NCBI GenBank assembly: GCA_035637935.1
Contig: DASRAY010000139.1
Coordinates: 12,500-36,499 of the forward strand
DNA: 24,000 bases
Source of the DNA: Sphingomicrobium sp.
Lineage (GTDB): Bacteria; Pseudomonadota; Alphaproteobacteria; Sphingomonadales; Sphingomonadaceae
Reading direction: 5' to 3'
Part shown: one piece after another, positions 14,729-23,175 of the stretch
Layout of the letters: each line of letters begins with the position of its first letter
How positions within the stretch are numbered: position 1 is the stretch's first letter
Notes under the pieces: model-generated
What the model was told of the DNA's origin: nothing
What the model saw: the letters and a program-made list of their open reading frames with translations, nothing else
The model's database searches: none
Program-made: the position numbers and the translations under genes

Positions 14729-15818
14729 CTTGGGCGCGGCGGCCGTCGAGCCAGTCGGCGATGATCGCGGCGATGCGTGGCGCCGCCTTGCCGTCGCCGT
14801 ACGGGAAGCAGACGCGCGACATCGCCGCGTGGGCGGAGGGATCGGACAGCAGCCGGCGAGTCTCGCGCACGATACGCTCCGGTGACGTTCCGACCAGCCG
14901 CATGTTGCCGGTCGCGATCCCCTCGGGGCGCTCGGTCTTCTCGCGCAGCACCAGCAGGGGGACGCCGAGCGCTGGCGCTTCCTCCTGCATTCCGCCGGAA
15001 TCGCTCAGAATGAGATCGCAAGCGCGCATCCGTTGGACCAGCTTACGATGACCGCAGGGGTCGAGTAGTGCGACGGTCGGGCAGTCGCCGAGCAGCCGCC
15101 TAAGCGTCGCGGCGACATGCGCATTGGGCGGAACGATGACGTCGACGTGAGCCAGGGAGGCGACCTCGCGCACGGCCGCGGAAACGTTCGCGAGGCCTTC
15201 GCCCCAGCTTTCCCGGCGGTGGCAGGTGACGAGGATCGAGGGGATCGCCGGATCCCGCCGGGCCGCGGCCGGCAGCTCGTCAAGCACCGCGACGAGCGCG
15301 TCGATCCCGGTGTTGCCGGTGATGTAGACCCGGCCCGGCACGCGTTCGCAGGCGAGGTTGAAGGCGGCGAGGTCGGTCGGCGCGAACAGCAGTTCGGCGC
15401 GGGAGTCGATCTCGGTACGATATTCCTCCTCCGGCCAGGGCAGAGTGCGGTCGCGGGTGCGGAGCCCGGCTTCGATATGGGCGAGCGGGACCGTGGCTGC
15501 GAACGCGGCCCGCGCGCCGCCGAGCGCGCTCGACGTATCGCCCTGGACGATCAGCAGGTCGGGGGGCCGCGCGAGCAGCGGTCGAAGCGCCGCTTCGACT
15601 TTGCTGACGTGCGCGTGGGGATCCTCTTCGCCGGCACAGTCGAGCTGGAGCGCGGGATAAATGTCCAGGCGATGGTCGCCTGGATCGAGCGCAGCATGCT
15701 GCCCGGTGAAGATGAGCGTGGGCGCCCGCCCGCGTTCGGCGAGTGCTCGTGCGACGGGGGCGAGTTTGATTGCTTCAGGCCGGGTGCCGACGACCAGCCT
15801 TATGTCCGCGGATTGCAG
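14694..15818 (-). CDS. wecB: UDP-N-acetylglucosamine 2-epimerase (non-hydrolysing), WecB family; start codon unresolved
   Basis: The track shows only 14694..15341, but the frame stays open up to an in-frame TGA at 15857-15855. Hand translation of 15797-15342 gives LVVGTRPEAIKLAPVARAL...HIEAGLRT...WPEEEYR...FAPT, the canonical WecB N-terminal half. The C-terminal half has DSGGMQEEAPALGVPLLVLREKTERPE. There is no in-frame ATG/GTG/TTG between 15854 and 15341. I placed the start at the CTG at 15818, just after GGGGGAAGG, but this is uncertain. Confidence 0.8.
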   Translation of the reverse strand: MQSADIRLVVGTRPEAIKLAPVARALAERGRAPTLIFTGQHAALDPGDHRLDIYPALQLDCAGEEDPHAHVSKVEAALRPLLARPPDLLIVQGDTSSALGGARAAFAATVPLAHIEAGLRTRDRTLPWPEEEYRTEIDSRAELLFAPTDLAAFNLACERVPGRVYITGNTGIDALVAVLDELPAAARRDPAIPSILVTCHRRESWGEGLANVSAAVREVASLAHVDVIVPPNAHVAATLRRLLGDCPTVALLDPCGHRKLVQRMRACDLILSDSGGMQEEAPALGVPLLVLREKTERPEGIATGNMRLVGTSPERIVRETRRLLSDPSAHAAMSRVCFPYGDGKAAPRIAAIIADWLDGRRAQVTRGSVPASQG

Positions 15819-15867
15819 CCTTCCCCCTAGCTCGGCGGGGGAATTGTGCCCGGGTCAGCGCCTCAGC

Positions 15868-16149
15868 TCAACGGAAATTGTCGGCGTAGGCCTGGAGCTT
15901 GAGCCGCACGGGCGGCGCCGGGACGAGGTGGTAGGCGAGGCCATGCCGCTCGCAATAAGCGACCGCGGCTTCGCTGGTCGGGAAGGTCATCCGGACCTGC
16001 GTGTTGGTATCGCCCGAGCCGTTCCAGCCGGTCAGCGGGTCCGGGCGAAGCGCCTGCTGCCGCTCGAACTCGAGCAGCCAGCGACCGGTGTTGGCCGTGC
16101 CCGATTGGGTCGTGCGGCGATCGAGCTCGGAAATGCGCGCGACGGTCAT
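15868..16149 (-). CDS. ETC complex I subunit conserved-region protein (NDUFS4-like, PF04800-type)
   Basis: MTVARISELDRRTTQSGTANTGRWLLEFE...DPLTGWNGSGDTNTQVRMTFPTSEAAVAYCERHGLAYHLV...YADNF matches the conserved alphaproteobacterial NDUFS4 homologue pattern (QSG....W.LE.....DPLMGW..SGD...Q......F....A.AY.ER.G..Y......Y..NF). Start taken at the second Met (16149). Confidence 0.85.
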   Translation of the reverse strand: MTVARISELDRRTTQSGTANTGRWLLEFERQQALRPDPLTGWNGSGDTNTQVRMTFPTSEAAVAYCERHGLAYHLVPAPPVRLKLQAYADNFR

Positions 16150-16232
16150 CGCCGCCGCAGGTGGCAAAGACGCCGGCGCAAATCAACCTTTCGAGTTCAC
16201 ATGTGACCGAAGCTGAATTGTGATAAGCCGCT

Positions 16233-16255
16233 CCTCCTTCCGGGTCGGAAGGAGG
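16233..16255 (+). promoter_or_regulatory. Perfect 9-bp GC-rich hairpin whose 3' arm contains the Shine-Dalgarno sequence of the lipoprotein gene
   Basis: CCTCCTTCC (16233-16241), loop GGGTC, GGAAGGAGG (16247-16255). The ATG is at 16260, so the GGAGG SD is fully paired with an upstream anti-SD. It lies in a divergent intergenic region, so it is not a terminator for either flanking gene. Confidence 0.45.
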
Positions 16256-16259
16256 GCTT

Positions 16260-16874
16260 ATGAGAATTATGAAGCTTTGCGCAGGCCTCGCCGCAGGAGC
16301 GGCGCTGTTCGCCACGGCCGCGTGCAACAAGGACCAGGCGGGCAATGATGCGGCGACCGGCGGCAACGCCGCGCTCGCGGAGTCGAACCCCACCGCGTCG
16401 AGCGACCCCGTCGCCAGTGCCGAATCCGCCGCGCCGGCCGCGATCGCCCATGATGCGGCGATCGCCACCATCGACGCCACCGGCGCGATGAAGACCATCC
16501 GCGAGGGCAAGAACGGCTGGACCTGCATGGCCGACAGCCCGGCGACGCCAGGGCCGGACCCGATGTGCATGGACACCAACGCCGCGAAATGGGCCGCGGC
16601 GTGGATCGGCAAGAAGACGCCGCCGGCGGGCACGGTCGGCGTCATGTACATGCTCGAAGGCGGCACCGACGCCAGCAACACCGATCCCTATGCGACCAAG
16701 CCGACGGCAGACAACGATTGGGTGAAGACCGGGCCGCACATCATGATCGTCGGCTCGAAGGAGGTGCTCGCCGGCTATCCGTCGGGCGCGAAGCCCGACA
16801 CCTCGGCGCCCTATGTGATGTGGGCCGGCACGCCCTATGCGCATTTGATGGTGCCGGTGAAGGCGGAGAAGTGA
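16260..16874 (+). CDS. Lipoprotein of unknown function
   Basis: 204 aa. Signal peptide plus lipobox MRIMKLCAGLAAGAALFATAAC|NKD. Strong GGAAGGAGG RBS. The mature part is Ala/Ser/Pro-rich, followed by a globular domain (GWTCMADSPATPGPDPMCMD...). Confidence 0.8.
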   Translation: MRIMKLCAGLAAGAALFATAACNKDQAGNDAATGGNAALAESNPTASSDPVASAESAAPAAIAHDAAIATIDATGAMKTIREGKNGWTCMADSPATPGPDPMCMDTNAAKWAAAWIGKKTPPAGTVGVMYMLEGGTDASNTDPYATKPTADNDWVKTGPHIMIVGSKEVLAGYPSGAKPDTSAPYVMWAGTPYAHLMVPVKAEK

Positions 16875-16901
16875 ACCGCTAAGCGAAGGCGGCGGCGCCC
16901 G

Positions 16902-17627
16902 GTGAAGCGACGAAAGGGAGCGGGGGCCGATGGCCGCATCGCCGCCTGGGCGATCCATGCGCTGACCGCCGCCGGTGCGGTGCTGGCGCTGCTGGCGCTC
17001 GCGGCGATCGAGTCGGGCAGGGCGCGTGAGGCGTTGGTCTGGCTGCTCGCCGCGCTGGTGATCGACGGTGTCGACGGCACGCTCGCGCGCCACGCGCGGG
17101 TCAGTGAGCGGCTGCCGCGGATCGACGGGCCGGCGCTCGACCTGGTCGTCGATTATCTGACCTATGTGTTCGTTCCGGCCTGGTTCCTGTGGCGGCTCGG
17201 CGCGTTCCCGCCAGCAATCGCGCTGCCGCTGACGGCGCTGATCCTGCTGTCCGCGCTCTACACCTTCGCCCGGCGCGACATGAAAACCCGCGACGGGTAC
17301 TTCCGCGGCTTTCCGGCGCTGTGGAACGTCGTAGCGCTGTACCTCTACGTCGCGGCGCTGCCGCCGTGGCTCGCCGCCGCAGTCGCGATCGTCCTCCTCG
17401 TCATGACCTTCGCGCCGGTGCACGTGGTGCACCCGTTCCGGGTCCGCGATTTCGGCATCGGACCGCCGGCCGCTGCTTCAGTGTGGGGGTTGGCGACCCT
17501 GTCGCTGCTGCTGCCGCTCGACGATCGCTCACGCGGTGTCGCGCTGGGGGTGTCGCTGGCGGCCGCGGCGGTGCTCGTCGCCATGGGACTGGTGCGGACG
17601 GTGCGGGGCGCCCGCAACGACGTCTAA
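16902..17627 (+). CDS. pcs: Phosphatidylcholine synthase (CDP-alcohol phosphatidyltransferase family)
   Basis: 241 aa, GTG start, multi-TM. IHALTAAGAVLALLAL...WLLAALVIDGVDGTLARHARVSERLPRIDGPALDLVVDYLTYVFVPA carries the CDP-alcohol motif DG(x2)AR(x8-12)G(x3)D(x3)D in the Pcs-typical context. Confidence 0.8.
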   Translation: MKRRKGAGADGRIAAWAIHALTAAGAVLALLALAAIESGRAREALVWLLAALVIDGVDGTLARHARVSERLPRIDGPALDLVVDYLTYVFVPAWFLWRLGAFPPAIALPLTALILLSALYTFARRDMKTRDGYFRGFPALWNVVALYLYVAALPPWLAAAVAIVLLVMTFAPVHVVHPFRVRDFGIGPPAAASVWGLATLSLLLPLDDRSRGVALGVSLAAAAVLVAMGLVRTVRGARNDV

Positions 17628-18637
17628 TAAGCGCGGGCGATCGCGAACTCGACGGCTTCGGTCAGCGCCGCCTTCGCCTTGCCCGGCGGGAAGATCGCCA
17701 GCGCGTCGATCGCCCGGCGGCCGTAATGAAGCGCGCGATCGATCGTATCGGACAGGGCGTTCGTCGCCTGGAGCAGGCCGACAGCCTGCGCCAAATCGTC
17801 GTCCGACGAGCGCTCGCCGCCGATCGCCGAGCGCCAGAACTGACGGTCCGACTCGCTCCCCCGGGCGTAGGCGAGGATCACCGGCAGGGTCATCTTGCCG
17901 TCGCGGAAGTCGTCCCCGACGCCCTTGCCCATGGTCGCTGCGTCCGACGCATAATCAATCACGTCGTCGGTCAGCTGGAAGGCGATGCCGAGATTGCGGC
18001 CGTAACATTCGAGCGCGAGCTCGGCTTCCTCGCTCGCCTCGGCGACGACCGGGGCGACGCGGCAGGCGGCGGCGAACAGGGCGGCGGTCTTGGCGCTGAT
18101 GATCGTCAGATATTGCTCTTCGCCGGTCTCGATCCGGCGCTGCGCGGTCAGCTGCTCGACTTCGCCCTCGGCGATGACGGCCGACGCGTGGCTGAGGATC
18201 CGCAGCACCTTGAGGCTGCCGTCCTCGACCATCAGCTCGAACGCCCGGCTGAACAGGAAATCGCCGACCAGCACGCTCGCCGGATTGCCCCAGATGAGGT
18301 TGGCGGTGCGCTTGCCCCGGCGCATGCCCGAGCCGTCGACGACATCGTCGTGAAGCAGGGTCGCGGTGTGGATGAACTCGACCGCGGCGGCGAGCTTGTG
18401 GTGGCGGGTGCCGGGGTAGTCGAGCAGGCCGGCGCAGGCGAGGGTCAGCATCGGCCGCATGCGCTTGCCGCCGCCGGCGATCAGGTGGCCGGCGAGCTCG
18501 GGGATCAGCGCGACCTTGCTCTGCATCCGCTCGAGGATGACCGCATTGACCCCGTTCATGTCATCGGCGACGAGCGCGATCATCGGGTCGAGCGAAGGCT
18601 CGCGCTTGTCACGAAGCGAACGAACGGTGGCGGTCAC
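17624..18637 (-). CDS. ispB: Polyprenyl diphosphate synthase (octaprenyl-diphosphate synthase type)
   Basis: 337 aa. First Asp-rich motif TATLLHDDVVDGSGMRRG, second FQLTDDVIDY, plus GGGKRMRPML. Its 3' end overlaps the convergent pcs 3' end by 4 nt. Confidence 0.85.
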   Translation of the reverse strand: MTATVRSLRDKREPSLDPMIALVADDMNGVNAVILERMQSKVALIPELAGHLIAGGGKRMRPMLTLACAGLLDYPGTRHHKLAAAVEFIHTATLLHDDVVDGSGMRRGKRTANLIWGNPASVLVGDFLFSRAFELMVEDGSLKVLRILSHASAVIAEGEVEQLTAQRRIETGEEQYLTIISAKTAALFAAACRVAPVVAEASEEAELALECYGRNLGIAFQLTDDVIDYASDAATMGKGVGDDFRDGKMTLPVILAYARGSESDRQFWRSAIGGERSSDDDLAQAVGLLQATNALSDTIDRALHYGRRAIDALAIFPPGKAKAALTEAVEFAIARAY

Positions 18638-18675
18638 GCCGCCGCGTTAGGCGGGAGAGTGGCCGCCTTCAAGTT

Positions 18676-18810
18676 CCTCCCCGTCGCGACGCGATGGGGA
18701 GGGGAACCATGCGGAGCATGCTGGAGGGGTAACTGGCGCCGGCGCCTTCTACCCCTCCACCCTCGAATCTGCGTTCGACGGTCCCCCTCCCTGGCCTTCG
18801 GCCAGGGAGG
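18676..18810. repeat. Cluster of three GC-rich stem-loops (REP/MITE-like intergenic palindromic element)
   Basis: A: CCTCCCC (18676-18682) / GGGGAGG (18696-18702). B: TGGAGGGGTA (18722-18731) / TACCCCTCCA (18750-18759), whose loop contains GGCGCCGGCGCC. C: CCTCCCTGGCC (18786-18796) / GGCCAGGGAGG (18800-18810). Hairpin C recurs at 20948-20972. Read on the minus strand, the unit would give PLQHAPHGSPP-like pseudo-peptides, as in common alphaproteobacterial intergenic repeats. Confidence 0.6.
18786..18810 (-). terminator. Possible factor-independent terminator hairpin for the M13 peptidase gene (no U-tract)
   Basis: An 11-bp perfect stem with a 3-nt loop, starting 9 nt downstream of the stop codon (18820-18822 on the minus strand). 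No T/U run follows it, so its function is uncertain. Confidence 0.35.
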
Positions 18811-18819
18811 AACTTCAGC

Positions 18820-20847
18820 TCACCAAACGTGGACCCGCTTCTCCGGCGGCAGGTACAGCTTGTCGCCGGGCTGGACGTTGAACGCCTTGTACCAGGGGTC
18901 GAAATTGCGGACGACGCCGTTGACCCGGTACTTGGCCGGGCTGTGCTCGTTGGTCAGCAGCTGGGCGCGGAGCGCGCCTTCGCGCTGCTTGGTCTCCCAG
19001 CTGTAGCCGTAGGCGATGAAGAAGCGCTGGTCGCCGGTCAGCCCGTCGATGACCGGCGGCTCGCCGTGCTGGGCGACATATTTGCGGTACGCCGCATAAG
19101 CGACTTCGAGCCCGCCGAGGTCGCCGAGATTTTCGCCGAGCGTCAGCTGACCCTTGATGTGGACGCCCGGGATCGGCTCGTACCCATTGTATTGGGCGAC
19201 GAGCTTGTCCGCGTGCGCCGTGTAAAGCTTGGCGGTCGCCGGGGTCCACCAGTCGGTCAGCCGGCCATGGGCATCGAATTTCCGGCCCTGGTCGTCGAAG
19301 CCGTGCCCGATCTCATGCCCGATGGTCGCGCCGATGCTGCCGTAGTTGGACGCCGGATCGGCGCCCGGGTCGAAATAGGGCGGCTGGAGGATCGCGGCCG
19401 GGAAGGTGATCTGGTTCTGGGTCGGGTCGTAGTAAGCGTTGTTGGTCTGCGGCAGCATGTCCCACAGCGTCCGGTCGACCGGCTTGGGGAAACGCGACAG
19501 TAGCAGCTTCCAGTCGAACTCGTCGGAGCGGATCGCATTGCCGAGCAAATCGTCGCGCTTCACCTCCAGCGACGAATAATCGATGTACTTGACCGGGTGG
19601 CCGATGCGCGGATCGAAGGTCGCGAGCTTCTGCAGCGCGCGCGCCTTGGTCGCCTGGTCCATCCAGCCGTTGCTCTCGATCTTGTCCTTGAGCGCGGCGA
19701 GGATGTTGTCGATCAGCTCATGCATCTGCCGGTCGCTCTCCGGCGGATAGTGGCGCTGGACGTAGATCTGCCCGACGCCCTCGCCGAGCGCACCGTTGAC
19801 GAGATCGACGCCGCGCTTCCAACGGTCGCGCTGGCTGGGCACGTCGCGCAGAGTCTTCGAGTAGAAGCCGAACTTCGCGTCGTCGAACGCCTTGGGCAGA
19901 TATTGCGCGTTGTCGCTGATGAAGTGGACCGCGGTCCAGTCCTTCCAGGTCTGGAGCGGGACCGACGCGAACAGTTTCGCCTCGCCCTGAATCGCGGTGG
20001 TTTCGCCGACCACGAGCGTGTCGACGTCGCCGAGGCCGAGCTTGCCGAGCGCTCGGTCCCAGTCGAACTGCGGAGCGAAGGCGCGCAGCTTGGCGCGGCT
20101 CATCGGATTGTAGATTTTGTCGACGTCGCGGCTCTGCTCGGGCGTCCACTGAATCTTCGCGATCGCGGTCTCGAGCGCGATGACGCGGTCGGCGCGCCCC
20201 GCCGGATCGCTGATCCCGGCGAGCGTCTGGAGAGTCACCAGATAATCGCGATAGGCCTTGCGGTAGGCGTCATATTTCGCGCCCTTGAGCAGGTAATAGT
20301 CGCGGTTCGGCATGCCGAGGCCGTCCTGCGAGGCATAGGCCGAATAGTGCGTCGGATCCTTGAGGTTCGGATAGATGAAGAAGCCGATCGGGGAATCGTA
20401 ACCGGGCTCGGCGAACAGGTCGACGAGGTCGCCGCGGGTTTTCGCCGCGGCGATCCGCGCCAGATAGGGCTCCAGCGGCGCGGTGCCGAGCTGCTCGACC
20501 CGGGCCTCGTCCATCCAGCTCGCGTAGAGGTCGCCGATCTGCTGCCCTAGGCGGCCGTTGCCGCTCGGGTCCTTGGCCTGGTCCTCGACGATCGCGCGGA
20601 CGTCCTTTTCGATCTGGTCGTTGAGGACGGAGTCGATGCCAGCGAAGGTGCGGTCGGCGGCAATGTCGGTGCGCTTGAACCAGCTGCCGTTGACGTAATC
20701 GAAGAAGTCGTCGCCGGGCTTGACCGCGCTGTCCATCGCGGTCGGGTCGTAGCCCCAGCTGCCGTAGACCGGCTTGCTCGGCGCGGCGAGAGCCGGCGCA
20801 AACGCCAGCAAGCTCGCTGCGGTAAGAGCCAACATCTTGATCTTCAT
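18820..20847 (-). CDS. pepO: M13 family zinc metallopeptidase (PepO / endothelin-converting-enzyme-like), secreted
   Basis: 675 aa. Signal peptide MKIKMLALTAASLLAFAPALA|AP. N-terminal DDFFDYVNGSWF, zinc site IGHEIGHGFDDQG and downstream GENLGDLGG are all M13 landmarks. Confidence 0.9.
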   Translation of the reverse strand: MKIKMLALTAASLLAFAPALAAPSKPVYGSWGYDPTAMDSAVKPGDDFFDYVNGSWFKRTDIAADRTFAGIDSVLNDQIEKDVRAIVEDQAKDPSGNGRLGQQIGDLYASWMDEARVEQLGTAPLEPYLARIAAAKTRGDLVDLFAEPGYDSPIGFFIYPNLKDPTHYSAYASQDGLGMPNRDYYLLKGAKYDAYRKAYRDYLVTLQTLAGISDPAGRADRVIALETAIAKIQWTPEQSRDVDKIYNPMSRAKLRAFAPQFDWDRALGKLGLGDVDTLVVGETTAIQGEAKLFASVPLQTWKDWTAVHFISDNAQYLPKAFDDAKFGFYSKTLRDVPSQRDRWKRGVDLVNGALGEGVGQIYVQRHYPPESDRQMHELIDNILAALKDKIESNGWMDQATKARALQKLATFDPRIGHPVKYIDYSSLEVKRDDLLGNAIRSDEFDWKLLLSRFPKPVDRTLWDMLPQTNNAYYDPTQNQITFPAAILQPPYFDPGADPASNYGSIGATIGHEIGHGFDDQGRKFDAHGRLTDWWTPATAKLYTAHADKLVAQYNGYEPIPGVHIKGQLTLGENLGDLGGLEVAYAAYRKYVAQHGEPPVIDGLTGDQRFFIAYGYSWETKQREGALRAQLLTNEHSPAKYRVNGVVRNFDPWYKAFNVQPGDKLYLPPEKRVHVW

Positions 20848-20947
20848 GGAAAATACCTCCCCGGAATGCGGGTGGCCTAATGCCCGTTCGACGGCGCTTC
20901 GTCAAAGCCTCGTTCGACGAACGGGCGAATGGTTTCGGCCTCGCTTT

Positions 20948-20972
20948 CCTCCCTGGCCGCAGGCCGGGGAGG
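20948..20972. repeat. Second copy of the CCTCCCTGGCC/GGCC(A/G)GGGAGG hairpin, 8 nt downstream of the histidine kinase stop
   Basis: CCTCCCTGGCC (20948-20958), loop GCA, GGCCGGGGAGG (20962-20972), with one mismatch. CGTTCGACG motifs occur nearby (20885-20893, 20911-20919), matching CGTTCGACG at 18772-18780 beside the first copy. A 9-bp inverted repeat GCCCGTTCG/CGAACGGGC is also present (20882-20890 / 20918-20926). Confidence 0.55.
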
Positions 20973-20980
20973 GGGAGGAA

Positions 20981-22405
20981 CTAGCCTGCCGGAAGCGTCA
21001 GGCGCGCAAGCAGGCCGCCGAGGTCCTCGCTTTCCTCGAGGTGGATCGACCCGCCGTAGATCTCGGCGACGTCGCGGACGATGGCGAGGCCGAGGCCGGT
21101 GCCCGGCTTGCCGGTCGTGTCGAGCCGGGCGCCGCGGGTGAACAGCGAGCCGATGTCCTCCTGCGGGATGCCGGGGCCGTCGTCCTCGATCAATATGTCG
21201 ACCGTGCGGCCTTTCGCCTCGACCGTCACGAACACCCGGCCACCGCCATATTTGGCGGCATTCTCGACGAGGTTGCCGAGCATCTCGTCGAGGTCCTGGC
21301 GCTCGACCCGGACCTCGGCGTCATGATTGCCGGCGATATCGACCGTGACATTCTCGTAGAGCCGGTCGACCGCGCGCTGGACCGCTTCGAGGCTCTCCCA
21401 CACCCGGGCCCGCGCCTGCGCCGACGCCCGCCGGCCGATCGCCCGGGCGCGCGCCAGGTGATGGTCGATCTGGCGCCGCATCGCCGCCGATTCCCGGATC
21501 ACCGTCGAGTCGAGGTCGGGCGAATCCGCGGTCGCGGCATTGGTGATCACGGTGAGCGGGGTCTTAAGCGCATGGGCGAGGTTGCCGGCGTGGCGGCGGG
21601 CTTCCTCGGCCTGCGCCTCGCTGTGCGACAGCAGCTGGTTGATCTCCTCGGTGAGGGGCCGGATCTCGGTCGGGAAGTCATGGCCGACCCTGGTCCGTGC
21701 GCCCGATCGGATCAGAGCGACTTCGCGCCGCACCCGGCGCAGCGGCCACAGGCCGTAGAAGGTCTGCAGCGCGGCCAGCACCAGCAGGCCCGCGCCGAGC
21801 GCGAGGAAGCTCCAGAACAGGGTCGAGCGCAGGCGCCGGATCTGGTCGTCGATGGTCTCGCGCGATTGCGCGACCTGGAACCGCCAGCGCACCTTGGATC
21901 CGGGCAGGATGGCGTCGCGCTCGGCGATGCGCAGCGGCTCGGCATGGCCCGAAGTGGAGAATTCGTCGCTGTCGTAAAGATGCGGCCTGGTGTCGGTGTG
22001 CATGTCGTCGACCTGCAGCCGCCGGTCCCACAGGGAGCGCGACGCGAAGGTGTCGGCGCCGTCGCCGCTGATCTGGAAATAGAGGCCGGAGTAGGGCTCG
22101 ATGAAGCGCTGGTCGGCGGGCGCGCGGTTGAACCGCACCTCGCCGTCGGGCCCGATCTCCGAGGCGGCGATCAGCGACTTGTTGAGGACGAACACCAGCT
22201 GGTTGTCGAAATTGTCGATGATCGAGCGGCTCAGCACCCGGTCGAGCCCGACGCCGCCGAGCACCAGCAGCGCCGCGATCCACAGCGCCGCGACGCCGAT
22301 CATGCGCCGCGTCAGCGAGCCGGTACGCGCCGCGCGCCGGACGCTGCGCGGCGCGGCGCGGGGAACCTCCGCCGCCGCCGTCACCGGGGCGGCTTCATCG
22401 TTCAA
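20981..22405 (-). CDS. Two-component sensor histidine kinase (two TM helices, periplasmic domain, HAMP, HisKA, HATPase_c)
   Basis: 474 aa. TM1 MIGVAALWIAALLVLGGVGL; TM2 LFWSFLALGAGLLVLAAL. H-box RHAGNLAHALKTPLTVI; N-box LGNLVENAAKY; G-boxes EDDGPGIP and GTGLGLAIV. Its start overlaps the regulator's stop by 4 nt. Confidence 0.9.
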   Translation of the reverse strand: MNDEAAPVTAAAEVPRAAPRSVRRAARTGSLTRRMIGVAALWIAALLVLGGVGLDRVLSRSIIDNFDNQLVFVLNKSLIAASEIGPDGEVRFNRAPADQRFIEPYSGLYFQISGDGADTFASRSLWDRRLQVDDMHTDTRPHLYDSDEFSTSGHAEPLRIAERDAILPGSKVRWRFQVAQSRETIDDQIRRLRSTLFWSFLALGAGLLVLAALQTFYGLWPLRRVRREVALIRSGARTRVGHDFPTEIRPLTEEINQLLSHSEAQAEEARRHAGNLAHALKTPLTVITNAATADSPDLDSTVIRESAAMRRQIDHHLARARAIGRRASAQARARVWESLEAVQRAVDRLYENVTVDIAGNHDAEVRVERQDLDEMLGNLVENAAKYGGGRVFVTVEAKGRTVDILIEDDGPGIPQEDIGSLFTRGARLDTTGKPGTGLGLAIVRDVAEIYGGSIHLEESEDLGGLLARLTLPAG

Positions 22406-23067
22406 CTGACCGGTTCCTCGAGACTGTAACCGAGGCCGCGGATGGTGGTGATGACGTCGGCGCCCAATTTCTTGCGGATGCGCGTGACGAATACCTCGAT
22501 GGTGTTCGAATCGCGGTCGAAGTCCTGGTCGTAGATATGCTCGATGAGCTCGGTCCGGCTGACCACCTTGCCCTTGTGGTGCATGAGGTAGGACAGCAAT
22601 TTATATTCCTGGGCCGTGAGCTTGACCGGCTCGCCGTCCTTGGTGACCTTGCCCGAGCGCGTGTCGAGGCGGATATCGCCGGCCTTGAGCTCCGACGACG
22701 CGTTGCCCGAGGAGCGGCGGATCAGGGCGCGCAGGCGCGCGATCAGCTCCTCGGTCTGGAACGGTTTCGCCAGATAGTCGTCCGCGCCGGCATCGAGCCC
22801 GGCGACCTTGTCCGACCAGCTGTCGCGCGCCGTCAGCACCAGGACCGGCATCTTGCGGCCCTCCCGGCGCCAGCGGTCGAGCACGGTGAGGCCGTCGATC
22901 TCGGGCAGGCCGAGGTCGAGGATGACCGCATCATAGTTTTCGGTCGAGCCGAGATAATGGCCGTCCTCGCCGTCGGTGGCGAGATCGACGGCGTAGCCCG
23001 CGCCCTCGAGCGTCGAGCGCAGCTGCCGCCCGAGATTGGGTTCGTCTTCGACGATCAGAACGCGCAT
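22402..23067 (-). CDS. OmpR/PhoB-family response regulator
   Basis: 221 aa. Receiver domain MRVLIVEDEP...DAVILDLGLPEIDG...PVLVLTARD...AGADDYLAKPF. Winged-helix C-terminus LTAQEYKLLSYLMHHKGKVVSRTELIEHIY...NTIEVFVTRIRKKLG...ITTIRGLGY. Confidence 0.92.
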   Translation of the reverse strand: MRVLIVEDEPNLGRQLRSTLEGAGYAVDLATDGEDGHYLGSTENYDAVILDLGLPEIDGLTVLDRWRREGRKMPVLVLTARDSWSDKVAGLDAGADDYLAKPFQTEELIARLRALIRRSSGNASSELKAGDIRLDTRSGKVTKDGEPVKLTAQEYKLLSYLMHHKGKVVSRTELIEHIYDQDFDRDSNTIEVFVTRIRKKLGADVITTIRGLGYSLEEPVS

Positions 23068-23175
23068 TGGGGTTCCCCGAACCTGTTCATCTTCGCCGTC
23101 AACCCGTGTTGCGGCAATCGGTTGCTTAGGCGGAACGAAGTGGGAAATGCGCGGGGAATGTCAATCGCGCCGGGA

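Noticed and set aside
15117-15830. 237-aa plus-strand ORF where the track shows no minus-strand gene
   Set aside because: It is antisense to the N-terminal half of wecB. The minus frame is open and encodes canonical WecB motifs, but it lacks a canonical start codon, which is why the track truncated it.
16197-19006. ORFs 16197..17432 (-, 411 aa) and 17189..19006 (+, 605 aa)
   Set aside because: They are shadows opposite the lipoprotein/pcs genes and the ispB gene. Their composition is Arg-rich and they have no motifs.
18672-20972. The two similar hairpins around pepO as terminal inverted repeats of a mobile element carrying pepO
   Set aside because: Each copy is itself a self-complementary hairpin rather than one arm of a long terminal inverted repeat. 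There is no transposase and I saw no target-site duplication. Intergenic REP-like repeats are the simpler explanation.
20774-22429. 551-aa plus-strand ORF
   Set aside because: It is antisense to the histidine kinase, which has clear H, N and G boxes.
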